Shown here in pieces: positions 27,928 through 39,750 of a DNA stretch of 64,000 nt; position 1 is the first letter of the stretch, and every line of letters starts with the position of its first letter. The notes under the pieces were generated by a model. The model saw only the letters and a list, made by a program, of their open reading frames with translations. It was not told the DNA's origin and did not search any database. This stretch comes from Eledone cirrhosa (taxonomy: Eukaryota), in NCBI GenBank assembly GCA_964016885.1, contig OZ024755.1:32116001-32180000 (forward strand), read 5' to 3'. The position numbers and the translations under genes were made by a program.

Positions 27928-28478
27928 CCAGCTGAGGTACCCGGCTTTGCCTGGGAGAATAGTTAAGAGAAGGCTGATAAAAGAAAAAAATGACTGAATT
28001 GGATATGTTGAGCATGGGTTGGTGCCGTAATGTGACAAAAAGTAGAGAATAAAAATAAAAAACTTCAGTATTAAGCTGTGGGAGTAAACTGCTGATTAAA
28101 TCGTAGCATTGGCCTTGGGTTTTAAATGTGAAATAACTATAGTCAGTAAGATCTTTTTCAGCTCCAAAGGATGTCATATGAAACACTGCATGACATTGCT
28201 TCTGAAGTATTTAGCTTCATTAGTACGGTCTGTAAATAGTATATGGATAAAAGCTGGAAGGTAAATTAATTTCAAATAGTATTAATTTTTCTTGTAAAAG
28301 CTAAACAATATAAACTTTCATGGGACGTTACTCTCTCATTTATATCTAACACTTTAATTGCATCTCTCTCTGTATAACAGCCTATCTCTCTCCCTCTGTG
28401 TCTCTCTCTCTTTAGTCGTGTGTGTCTGTGTAGTTCTCGTGTTAAAACAATAAATATCTTTCTTTTTTTATATATAGA
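27928..28478 (-). mobile_element. Non-autonomous Helitron, type B (with A-type CCTTGGG site)
   Basis: Matches 17246-17796 (offset 10682). Confidence 0.85.
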
Positions 28479-29551
28479 TTACCTGATCTAGTATCAGTTA
28501 TTTTTAAGATATAGTTACTATTACCTGATCCAGTATCAGTTAAAGATGATATAGTTATTATTGATTGATCTAGTATAAGTTATTTTAAAGATATATTTAC
28601 TATTACCTGATTCAGTATCAGTTAAAGATGATATAGTTATTATTGGTTGATGTAGTATAAGTTATTTTAAAGATATAGTTTCTATTACCTGATCCAGTAT
28701 CAGTTAAAGATGATATAGTTATTATTGGTTGATCTAGTATAAGTTATTTTAAAGATATAGTTTCTATTACCTGATCCAGTATCAGTTAAAGATGATATAG
28801 TTATTATTGGTTGATCTAGTATAAGTTATTTTAAAGATATATTTACTATTACCTGATTCAGTATCAGTTAAAGATGATATAGTTATTATTGGTTGATGTA
28901 GTATAAGTTATTTTAAAGATATAGTTTCTATTACCTGATCCAGTATCAGTTAAAGATGATATAGTTATTATTGGTTGATCTGGTATAAGTTATTTTAAAG
29001 ATATATTTACTATTACCTGATTCAGTATCAGTTAAAGATGATATAGTTATTATTGATTGATCTAGTATAAGTTATTTTAAAGATATATTTACTATTACCT
29101 GATCCAGTATCAGTAAAAGATGATATAGTTATTATTGGTTGATATAGTATAAGTTATTTTAAAGATATATTTACTATTACCTGATCCAGTATCAGTAAAA
29201 GATGATATAGTTATTATTGGTTGATCTAGTATGTTATTTTAAAGATATATTTACTATTACCTTATCCAGTTTCAGTTAAAGATGATATAGTTATTATTGG
29301 TTGATCTAGTATAAGTTATTTTAAAGATATATTTACTATTACCTGATCCAGTATCAGTAAAAGATGATATAGTTATTATTGGTTGATCTAGTATAAATTA
29401 TTTTAAAGATATATTTACTATTACCTTATCCAGTGTCAGTTAAAGATGATATAGTTATTATTGGTTGATCTGGTATCAGATATTTTAAAGTTTGATATAA
29501 TTACAATTATCTAATCCAGTATTAGTTATTTTAAAGATTGACATAGTTCTA

Positions 29552-30102
29552 CCAGCTGAGGTACCCGGCTTTGCCTGGGAGAATAGTTAAGAGAAGGCTG
29601 ATAAAAGAAAAAAATGACTGAATTGGATATGTTGAGCATGGGTTGGTGCCGTAATGTGACAAAAAGTAGAGAATAAAAATAAAAAACTTCAGTATTAAGC
29701 TGTGGGAGTAAACTGCTGATTAAATCGTAGCATTGGCCTTGGATTTTAAATGTGAAATAACTATAGTCAGTAAGATCTTTTTCAGCTCCAAAGGATGTCA
29801 TATGAAACACTGCATGACATTGCTTCTGAAGTATTTAGCTTCATTAGTACGGTCTGTAAATAGTATATGGATAAAAGCTGGAAGGTAAATTAATTTCAAA
29901 TAGTATCAATTTTTCTTGTAAAAGCTAAACAATATAAACTTTCATGGGACGTTACTCTCTCATTTATATCTAACACTTTAATTGCATCTCTCTCTGTATA
30001 ACATCCTATCTCTCTCCCTCTGTGTCTCTCTCTCTTTAGTCGTGTGTGTCTGTGTAGTTCTCGTGTTAAAACAATAAATATCTTTCTTTTTTTATATATA
30101 GA
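29552..30102 (-). mobile_element. Non-autonomous Helitron, type B
   Basis: Matches 18870-19420 (offset 10682). Confidence 0.85.
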
Positions 30103-31013
30103 TTACCTGATCTAGTATCAGTTATTTTAAAGATATAGTTACTATTACCTGATCCAGTATCAGTTAAAGATGATATAGTTATTATTGATTGATCTAGTAT
30201 AAGTTATTTTAAAGATATATTTACTATTACCTGATCCAGTATCAGTTAAAGATGATATAGTTATTATTGATTGATCTAGTATAAGTTATTTTAAAGATAT
30301 ATTTACTATTACCTGATCCAGTATCAGTAAAAGATGATATAGTTATTATTGGTTGATCTAGTATAAGTTATTTTATAGATATATTTACTATTACCTGATC
30401 CAGTATCAGTAAAAGATGATATAGTTATTATTGGTTGATCTAGTATAAGTTATTTTAAAGATATATTTACTATTACCTTATCCAGTGTCAGTTAAAGATG
30501 ATATAGTTATTATTGGTTGATCTAGTATAAGTTATTTTAAAGATATATTTACTATTACCTGATTCAGTATCAGTTAAAGATGATATAGTTATTATTGGTT
30601 GATGTAGTATAAGTTATTTTAAAGATATATTTACTATTACCTTATCCAGTATCAGTAAAAGATGATATAGTTATTATTGGTTGATCTAGTATAAGTTATT
30701 TTAAAGATATATTTACTATTACCTGATCCAGTATCAGTTAAAGATGATATAGTTATTATTGGTTGATGTAGTATAAGTTAATTCAAAGATATATTTACTA
30801 TTACGGGATCCAGTATCAGTAAAAGATGATACAGTTATTATTGGTTGATCTAGTATAAGTTATTTTAAAGATATATTTACTATTACCTTATCCAGTGTCA
30901 GTTAAAGATGATATAGTTATTATTGGTTGATCTAGTATCAGTTATTTTAAAGTTTGATATAATTACAATTACCTAATCCAGTATTAGTTATTTTGAAGAT
31001 TGACATAGTTCTA

Positions 31014-31566
31014 CCAGCTGAGGTACCCGGCTTTGCCTGGGAGAATAGTTAAGAGAAGGCGGATAAAAAAAAAAAAATGATTGTATTGGATATGTTGAGC
31101 ACGCGTTGGGGCCGTAATGTGACAAAAAAGAAGAGAATAAAAATAAAAAACTTCCTTATTAAGCTGTGTGAGTAAACTGCTGATTAAATCGTAGCATTGG
31201 CCTTGGATTTTAAATGTGAAATAACCATAGTCAGTAAGATCTTTTTCAGCTCTAAAGGATGTCATATGAAACACTGCATAACATTGCTTCTGAAGTATTT
31301 GGCTTCATTAGTACGGTCTGTAAGTAGTATATGGATAAAAGCTGGAAGGTAAATTAATTTCAAATAGTATCAATTTTTCTTGTAAAAGCTAAACAATATT
31401 AACTTTCATGGGACGTTACTCTCTCACTGAATATCTAACACTTTAATTGTATCTCTCTCTGTATAACGGCCTATGTCTCTCCCTCTGTGTCACTCACTCT
31501 GTAGTTGTGTGTGTGTGTAGTTCTCGGGTGAAAACAATAAACATCTCTCTTTTTTTTATATATAGA
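31014..31566 (-). mobile_element. Non-autonomous Helitron, type C
   Basis: Counterpart of 20974-21524. Confidence 0.83.
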
Positions 31567-31904
31567 TTACCTGATCTAGTATCAGTTATTTTAAAGATAT
31601 AGTTACTATTACCTGATCCAGTATCAGTTAAAGATGATATAGTTATTATTGGTTGATCTAGTATAAGTTATTTTAAAGATATAGTTACTATTACCTGATC
31701 CAGTATCGGTTAAAGATGATATAGTTATTATTGGTTGATCTAGTATAAGTTATTTTAAAGATATAGTTAATATTACCTGATCCAGTATCAGTTAAAGATG
31801 ATATAGTTATTATTGGTTGATCTAGTATCAGTTATTTTAAAGTGTGATATACTTACAATTACCTAATCCAGTTTTAGTTATTTTAAAGATTGACATAGTT
31901 ACTA

Positions 31905-32440
31905 CTAGCTGAGGGACCCGGCTTTGCCTGGGAGAATAGTTAAAAGAAGAAAATGACTGTATTGGATATGTTGAGCACGCGTTGAGGTCGTAATGTAACA
32001 AAAAAGAAGAGAATAAAAATAAAAAAACTTCCTTATTAAGCTGTGGGAGTAAACTGCTGATTAAATCGTAGCATTGGCCTTGGGTTTTAAATGTGAAATA
32101 ACCATAGTCAGTAAAATCTTTTTCAGCTCCAAAGGATGTTATATGAAACACTGCATAACATTACTTCTGAAGTATTTAGTTTCATAGTATGGTCTGTAAG
32201 TAGTATATGGATAAAAGCTGGAAGGTAAATTAATTTCAAATAGTATCAATTTTTCTTGTAAAAGCTAAACAATATAAACTTTCATGGGACGTTACTCTCT
32301 CATTTATATCTAACACTTTAATTGTATCTCTCTCTGTTTAATGGCCTATCTCTCTTCCTCTGTCTCTCTCTCTCTAGTTGTGTGTGTGTGTGTAGTTCTC
32401 GTGTGAAAACAATAAACATCTCTCTTTTTTTATATATAGA
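31905..32440 (-). mobile_element. Non-autonomous Helitron, type D
   Basis: Counterpart of 21781-22316. Confidence 0.83.
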
Positions 32441-32887
32441 TTACCTGATTTAGTATCAGTTATTTGAAAGATATAGTTACTATTACCTGATCTAGTATCA
32501 GTTAAAGATGATATAGTTATTATTGGTTGATCTAGTATCAGTTATTTTAAAGATATAGTAACTATTACCTGATCCAGTATCAGTTATTTTAAAGATATAT
32601 TTACTATTACCTGATCCAGTATCAGTTAAAGATGATATAGTTATTATTGGTTGATCTAGTATCAGTTATTTTAAAGATATAGTTAATATTACTTATCTAG
32701 TATCAGTTAAAGATATAGTTCTTATTGGTTGATCTAGTATCAGTTATTTTAAAGATATAGTTAATATTACCTGATCCAGTATCAGTTAAAGATATAGTTC
32801 TTATTGGTTGATCTAGTATCAGTTATTTTAAAGATGTAGTTACTATTACCTGATCCAGTATCAGTTAAAGATGATATAGTTACTATT

Positions 32888-34915
32888 GTAACTATACAAG
32901 TCGTACAGAATGGGGTTGTTCCGAAGGAATGGCGTAGCCGCATCATCGTTAACTGCTATAAGGGAAAAGGAGATGCCCTAGATAGGAGTAACTATAGAGG
33001 CATTAAATTAATCGACCAGGTCATGAAGGTCACGGAAAAAGTAATAGCGCAACTAATCAGAGAGAGAATTGATCTAGATGAAATGCAGTTCGGGTTTGTG
33101 TCAGGCAAAAGTACCACAGACGCTCTTTTCATTGTACGACAACTACAGGAGAAGTACATAGCTAAAAGTAAACCCCTATACTTAGCTTTCGTCGACTTGG
33201 AGAAAGCCTTCGACAGAGTCCCCCGTTCCATTATCTGGTGGTCTCTTAGAAAACTAGGTGTTGACAAATGGCTTGTGAGAGCTATACAAGCTATGTATAA
33301 AGAAACAGTCAGTAAGGTTAGAATTAACAACGAATATAGTGAAGAGTTTAGCGTAAAAGTTGGTGTCCATCAGGGCTCTGTTCTTAGCCCCCTACTATTT
33401 ATTATTGCCCTTCAGGCTATAACAGAGGAGTTCAAGACCGGCTGCCCATGGGAACTCCTATACGCAGATGATCTAACGCTCATAGCTGAATCAATGACCG
33501 AACTAGAGAAGAAATTCCAAACGTGGAAGCACGGCCTAGAATCAAAAGGCCTTAAAATTAACCTGGCTAAGACTAAAGTTCTAGTTTGTAGGAAAGAAAA
33601 TAAGGCGGCGGTCCCATCGGGGAAATGGCCATGCTCAGTGTGTAGGAAAGGCGTAGGTAGAAACTCCATTTTATGTCCCAAATGCAAAGTATGGGTGCAT
33701 AAAAGATGTAGTGGGATCACAGGTAAGCTAACTAAGAACATAGATTTTACATGTGGCCGGTGCTCTGGTGCAATAAGTAGCAGCAAGTGCCCACAAAATA
33801 CTAGCTCCTTCAACTGCGCAGAGGGTTCTATAGAAATAGTGGACAGCTTCCGTTATCTGGGTGACAAAATCAGCAGTGGGGGAGGGTGCTCTGAAAGTAC
33901 AGTAGCTAGAGTCAGAACTGGATGGAAAAAGTTCAGAGAGCTTATACCACTATTAGCCGCTAGAGGGTTCTCCCTAAAAATGAAAGGCAGGTTATACGAT
34001 GCCTGCATACGAACAGCAATGCTGCATGGCAGTGAGACCTGGGCATTGTGTGCAGAGGATATACGCAGACTAGAGAGGAACGAAGCTTGCATGCTCCGCT
34101 GGATGTGCAATAGTAATATACGTGAACGGCAAAGCATAAACGAACTAAGGAAAACATTAGAAATAAGAGGGATCAGATGTTGTTTACTCGAGAGAAGGCT
34201 ACGTTGGTACGGTCACGTGATGCGCATGAAAGACGACAGCTGTATAACAAAGTGCAGGGCAATAAAGATAGACGGTAGCCACGGAGTAGGCAGACCCAGA
34301 AAAACATGGGACGAGCTGATAAATTCCGACCTCACACGCTTACACCTCTCCAAGACAATGTCACTGGACCGAGACCTTTGGCGGTACTCAGTAATAGAGA
34401 AGACCCGCCTTACCTAAATACAAAGTAAAAACCTACTACAGTCAGTAGGCATCTCTATCAAAACACACCCCCGTCCCACCACCTCCACCCCACCCACACC
34501 GCCCCTTTCAATGTAAAGTTATGTTGGTGCCGAAACAAATGAGATCGTGTAGGTGTCACGACAAAAAACACACAGTCCACGCTGTAAATGTGGCCGTGTA
34601 GGCAACACGGTAAAAACCTCCCAGCCCCACACTGTAAATGTGGTTGGTGTTAGGAAGGGCATCCAGCTGTAGAAAACCCGCCAGACAGTCCACGCTGTAA
34701 TGTGGCCGTGTAGGCAACACGGTAAAAACCTCCCAGCCCCACACTGTAAATGTGGTTGGTGTTAGGAAGGGCATCCAACTGTAGAAAACCCGCCAGACAG
34801 TCCAATGCGAGCAAGACAACCACTCTTGCCTCAAGTGGGAAAACCCCCGTCCAAACCCATGCAAGCGTGGAACACGGACGCTAAACCTGATGATGATGAT
34901 GATGATGATGATGAT
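32888..34915 (+). mobile_element. 5'-truncated RTE-type LINE, copy 2 (duplicate of copy 1)
   Basis: Same 5' truncation point and same satellite junctions as 22767-24676. Has an extra ~112-bp 3' UTR unit and a (TGA)9 tail. Confidence 0.92.
33023..34417 (+). CDS. LINE reverse transcriptase with internal PHD finger, copy 2 (N-truncated)
   Basis: 464-aa ORF that differs from copy 1 at two residues (KYLAK/KYIAK, VDEW/VDKW). Confidence 0.9.
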   Translation: MKVTEKVIAQLIRERIDLDEMQFGFVSGKSTTDALFIVRQLQEKYIAKSKPLYLAFVDLEKAFDRVPRSIIWWSLRKLGVDKWLVRAIQAMYKETVSKVRINNEYSEEFSVKVGVHQGSVLSPLLFIIALQAITEEFKTGCPWELLYADDLTLIAESMTELEKKFQTWKHGLESKGLKINLAKTKVLVCRKENKAAVPSGKWPCSVCRKGVGRNSILCPKCKVWVHKRCSGITGKLTKNIDFTCGRCSGAISSSKCPQNTSSFNCAEGSIEIVDSFRYLGDKISSGGGCSESTVARVRTGWKKFRELIPLLAARGFSLKMKGRLYDACIRTAMLHGSETWALCAEDIRRLERNEACMLRWMCNSNIRERQSINELRKTLEIRGIRCCLLERRLRWYGHVMRMKDDSCITKCRAIKIDGSHGVGRPRKTWDELINSDLTRLHLSKTMSLDRDLWRYSVIEKTRLT

Positions 34916-35005
34916 GGTTGATCTAGTATCAGTTATTTTAAAGTTTGATATAATTACAATTACCTAATCCAGTATTAGTTATTTTAAAGATTAACATAGT
35001 TACTA

Positions 35006-35556
35006 CTAGCTGAGGTACCCGGCTATGCCTGGGAGAATAGTTAAGAGAAGGCGGATAAAAGAAAAAAATGACTGTATTGGATATGTTGAGCATGCGTTGG
35101 GGCCGTAATGTGACGAAAAATTTGAGAATAAAAATAAAAAACTTCCTTATTAAGCTGTGGGAGTAAACTGCTGATTAAATCGTAGCATTGGCCTTGGGTT
35201 TTAAATGTGAAATAACCATAGTCAGTAAAATCTTTTTCAGCTCCAAAGGATGTCATATGAAACACTGCATAACATTGCTTCTGAAGTATTTAGCGTCATT
35301 AGTACGGTCTGTAAGTAGTATATGGATAAAAGCTGGAAGGTAAATTAATTTCAAATAGTATCAATTTTTCTTGTAAAAGCTAAACAATATAAACTTTCAT
35401 GGGACGTTACTCTCTCACTGAATATCTAACACTTTAATTGTATCTCTCTCTGTATAACGGTCTATCTCTCTTCCTCTGTGTCTCTCTCTGTAGTTGTGTG
35501 TGTGTGTGTAGTTCTCGTGTGAAAACAATGAACATCTCTCTTTATTTATATATAGA
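35006..35556 (-). mobile_element. Non-autonomous Helitron, type E (last copy)
   Basis: Counterpart of 24767-25317. Confidence 0.83.
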
Positions 35557-37840
35557 TTACCTGATCTAGTATCAGTTATTTTAAAGATATAGTTACTATT
35601 ACCTGATCCAGTATCAGTTAAAGATGATATAGTTATTATTGGTTAATCTAGTATCAGTTATTTTAAAAATATAGTTACTATTACCTGATCTAGTATCAGT
35701 TAAAGATGATATAGTTATTATTGGTTAATCTAGTATCAGTTATTTTAAAAATATAGTTACTATTACCTGATCCAGTATCAGATAAAGATGATATAGTTAT
35801 TATTGGTTGTTCTAGTATCAGTTATTTTAAAGATATAGTTACTATTACCTGATCCAGTATCAGTTAAAGATGATATAGTTATTATTGGTTGATCTAGTAT
35901 AAATTATTTTAAAGATATAGTTACTATTACCTGATCCAGTATCAGTTAAAGATGATATAGATATTATTGGTTGATCTAGTATCAGTTATTTTTAAGATAT
36001 AGTTACTATTACCTGATCCAGTATCAGTTAAAGATGATATAGTTATTATTGGTTGTTCTAGTATCAGTTATTTTAAAGATATAGTTACTATTACCTGATC
36101 CAGTATCAGTTAAAGATGATATAGTTATTATTGGTTGTTCTAGTATCAGTTATTTTAAAGATATAGTTACTATTACCTGATCCAGTATCAGTTAAAGATG
36201 ATATAGTTATTATTGGTTGATCTAGTATAAATTATTTTAAAGATATAGTTACTATTACCTGATCCAGTATCAGTTAAAGATGATATAGTTATTATTGGTT
36301 GGTCTAGTATCAGTTATTTTAAAAATATAGTTACTATTATCTGATCCAGTGTCAGTTAAAGATGATATAGTTATTATTGGTTGATCTAATATCAGTTATT
36401 TTAAAGATATAGTTACTATTACCTGATCCAGTGTCAGTTAAAGATGATATAGTTATTATTGGTTGATCTAGTATCAGTTATTTTAAAGATATAGTTACTA
36501 TTACCTGATCCAGCATCAGTTAAAAATGATATAGTTATTATTGGTTGATCTAGTATCAGTTATTTTAAAGATATAGTTACTATTACCTGATCCAGCATCA
36601 GTTAAAAATGATATAGTTATTATTGGTTGATCTAGTATCAGTTATTTTAAAGATATAGTTACTATTACCTGATCCAGTATCAGTTAAAGATGATATAGTT
36701 ATTATTGGTTGGTCTAGTATCAGTTATTTTAAAAATATAGTTACTATTACCTGATCCAGTGTCAGTTAAAGATGATATAGTTATTATTGGTTGATCTAAT
36801 ATCAGTTATTTTAAAGATATAGTTACTATTACCTGATCCAGTGTCAGTTAAAGATGATATAGTTATTATTGGTTGATCTAGTATCAGTTATTTTAAATAT
36901 ATAGTTACTATTACCTGATCCAGTATCAGTTAAAGATGATATAGTTATCATTGTTATTATTACCCACCCAGAAAAGTTTATAACATCGGTTTTTACCCAC
37001 AATGAATCTAGCAGACCCACCCCTCCAACTGGTCTCTTGAATACAGCAAACATCAACTTGCTTACGTACAAGCATCTCTACAACCTCGTTAGAGCGACCT
37101 TTTAAGGTACGAACTCTGAAGTTTTGGATTGCATTTGGTGGGTGGGAAGGATGGGGCGAAGGGAGGGGGTGAGGGAGATTGTGTTATGTTAGCCATCCGC
37201 GGCTGAAATAAAGAGGGGGAGACCTTGCATTCTCGTCCGGCAACAGGAGGTGAATTTGTCTTTATCTTTGGCATCGTCAATTGGGTGTCCAGATTTTTCT
37301 GACTCTCCAGTATTCCCTAGTCTATCTAGCATATCGAAAAGCAACCAGGTCTAAACTTAAGAAGTGATATTATAAGCCACTGAATTATGATTGGTTCAAA
37401 TAATAATGGTGGTGAGTGGGGGCGGGAGTGTGGGGTCAGGGGGAGTTAGCGAGAAGAAGATCGTTTTCGGGGCGTCTGACAGAATTATGGGATTTTAAAA
37501 TACAAGAAGACTGTTTTGAACAATCAAACAGAATTATCAAATAATACAGATAGGTGAATGGACTGGGGAAACGAAAAAAGATATAATACGGATAGATGAC
37601 TGACCAGGGAACATGAATAGACGAGAAAAAATAGGATGAATAATACATTACATATCACAAGAGAGCAAGCGAGCGAGGTAGCCAAGAATAAGTGATCGAC
37701 AAATTCTGTTTCGTAGCTCATAACAGGTTTATTTTATATTTGGAGAGAGAGGGAGGGGTGTGAGAGAGAGCCTGCAGGCTCATATACGATATGGATCTAA
37801 TTACTAAAAAATTAAACAGATTTAGAAGATTTACTGTTAA

Positions 37841-38050
37841 CCTTTTAATGTTCAAACTGGCCAGAATTATCTAGCTCTTTCTGTTGAAACTGGCTGTAAC
37901 TGGTCGCTCAAACTGATGTTAAGGTATTGTTCTCAAAATAAATACTTTCAAAATCTCATAGATTCGATATTATGTGAGATAATTATGTGAGGTAAAGCCT
38001 TTACCATGAAAATATAATAGTAGATATAGAGTAATGTAAATGCTAAAGGG
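37841..38050. mobile_element. piggyBac-like MITE (~210 bp) with TTAA flanks
   Basis: TTAA|CCTTTTAATGTT ... AATGCTAAAGGG|TTAA: degenerate CC-initiated TIRs with TTAA on both sides. Related fragments lie nearby. Confidence 0.65.
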
Positions 38051-38289
38051 TTAAAAGACCAAACTGTAGTGATTAGTTTAGCTTTTTGATGGGCAGAAAA
38101 CTTTGATATGCGATAAACATAACATGTACATAAATTGTAGCACGTATACAGGTGTATGGTTTTGTAGTTTGGGGAGAATAATATAAATGTTAGTAAAGGA
38201 AAAGTGTTATAAATTATCTTGTATAAAGTGTTACTAACAGATTATTTATTTACCTAGTCAAAATAATAACTGTAAGGGAAATAATTATT

Positions 38290-38400
38290 TTAACCTGGCA
38301 TTTAATCTGGCCAGAATTCTCTCACCTTTTTCTGTTCAAATTGTCCAAGGTATTATTCTCAAAATAGATAATAAAAAAATTTCATTATGTGAGTAAATAT
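38290..38400. mobile_element. Fragment of the same MITE family
   Basis: Shares CTGGCCAGAATT, TTTCTGTT, AAGGTATT.TTCTCAAAATA and ATTATGTGAG with 37841-38050. Confidence 0.6.
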
Positions 38401-38724
38401 AAAGTAATTTACTTGAAACTGCTTTGGAATTATGATAGAAAACTGCACATCTTAAAATGTTTGTCATCATTTTATGTCTGTGGGCTAGGCATGTCTTTCC
38501 GAGTATAGCCTACCTGCACTTGCTGCATTCCTTTAACCCCTCTGTAAGCCTCAACAGGTCTTGATTTTCCTTTATTGTAGTTTCTTTCTATTAGGATTTC
38601 TTGGAACTTCTTTATGCAGTGGTCATATGACATCACTTATCCATACCAGAGCAGCCTTCTCTCTTGCACACAAAATCTTTCATTAGGATTCTATTTTGGA
38701 ACTTTTTTCAGCTTAATATTATTA

Positions 38725-38870
38725 GATTGGCAGTAAAAGTAGAGCTTCAGAGACCATGCTTTGCAGCATAAAGTTATGGTGCTTTACATTCTGAGTTCAA
38801 ATCCTGCCTTTCATCCTTATGGGGCCAATAAAATAAGGCACCAGTAAGGCACTGGCGTCGATATAAATTA
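38725..38870 (+). mobile_element. Diverged tRNA-derived SINE (cephalopod-like)
   Basis: Pol III B-box GAGTTCAAATCC at 38793-38804 and a weak A-box TGGCAG. The following GCCTTTCATCCTT.TGGGG..AATAAAATAAG.ACCAGT...CACTGG.GTCGAT resembles an octopus SINE core from memory (not searched). Confidence 0.6.
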
Positions 38871-38957
38871 AGAGAAGGGGAAGTAGGAAAAGTTGTAAAA
38901 ATATTGAGACGAATAGAAATACTGAATATGTTGGTGACATGATGAAATACACCCAGT

Positions 38958-38996
38958 AATGTGGTTTGTAAAATAAAGAGCATCCAATTGTAGAAA
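38958..38996 (+). repeat. Short diverged fragment of the RTE 3'-UTR motif
   Basis: AATGTGGTTTG...GAGCATCCAATTGTAGAAA aligns with LINE UTR AATGTGGTTGG...GGGCATCCAACTGTAGAAA (24517-24556). Confidence 0.5.
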
Positions 38997-39240
38997 TCTT
39001 GTCAACGAAACAGCTGAGGTTTCTTCAGTACACTCAGCTGGAAATAAGTACCAGCAATAATGTAACCCTGCAGTGGACTAGTCTCCTATTTATGTGGAAG
39101 TCTTGTGCTCCTAGTTATAACACAAAAGAAACTAAGATGAGCACTGGCCGAAAAAGCTTCTAGGCTTGAGATGAACTGTTTAAAAATATATTTACAAATA
39201 GAAATAGGAGACTGAAGTAAGGAGATCAGTATGATCAACC

Positions 39241-39412
39241 TTAACCCTTTAAACTGGTCAGAATTCTCTCGCCTTTTTCTGTTCAAACCAGCCACTCATA
39301 CTAATATTACGCTTCTCAAAATAAATAACACCAATCTGATTTGATATTATGTAAGATAATTATGTGTTTACTGTTTCCTGTGAATATAATAGTAAATATA
39401 GAGTAATGTAAC
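39241..39412. mobile_element. Third, truncated copy of the MITE family
   Basis: Starts TTAACCCTTTA, colinear with 37841-38040 through ATATAGAGTAATGTAA, lacks the right TIR end. Confidence 0.6.
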
Positions 39413-39528
39413 TTTTATATATATATATTATGTTTTTTTTTTCTCCCTTTTATTGACAATGAAAAAATTAGCCTAATAAATGGCCTCTAATTACTTCTCT
39501 TCAATCAAATGCATACCCACCTTTTTTT

Positions 39529-39600
39529 TCTTTCTCCACTTTAGCGACATCACTAGGTAGGAATCGGCTGGGTAACTGATGTCGCTAAAGTGGAAAAAGA
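39529..39600. repeat. Inverted repeat/hairpin, 18-bp perfect stem, 24-nt loop
   Basis: TCCACTTTAGCGACATCA (39535-39552) pairs with TGATGTCGCTAAAGTGGA (39577-39594). The stem extends 5 more bp after one mismatch. Confidence 0.9.
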
Positions 39601-39750
39601 CTCTAAAAATATGAGTTGTCTCCTTTGAACAATAAGAATGTAAGAAAAAAAAATCTACATGAAAACCGTGTATTTGAAACTGTCGAAAAAAAACCTATAT
39701 GAAAACCGTGCTTTGTGAAAAGTCGAAATAGAATCTATATGAAAAATACC

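Larger units (their letters stand above)
325..36950. repeat. 82-bp satellite array (two related 40+42-bp subunits), interrupted by Helitron copies and two LINE copies
   Basis: Monomer TTACCTGATCCAGTATCAGTTAAAGATGATATAGTTATTA-TTGGTTGATCTAGTATAAGTTATTTTAAAGATATAGTTACTA repeats in blocks of about 3-17 copies between Helitron units. The last block (35557-~36950) decays into unique sequence. Confidence 0.97.

Noticed and set aside
22871-34864. Antisense ORFs overlapping the RT and 3' UTR
   Set aside because: Shadow frames of the RT; no independent motifs.
1307-35265. Repeated 74-104 aa minus-strand ORFs (MFHMTSFGAEK...) as a multigene family
   Set aside because: They lie inside the non-autonomous Helitron, begin at a non-ATG codon, shift frame between subtypes at A/T runs and show no recognisable domain.
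36960-37800. G-rich/CpG-containing unique segment with a GGGGCGGGAG GC-box as a promoter or exon
   Set aside because: No supported ORF, splice structure or downstream gene in the window.
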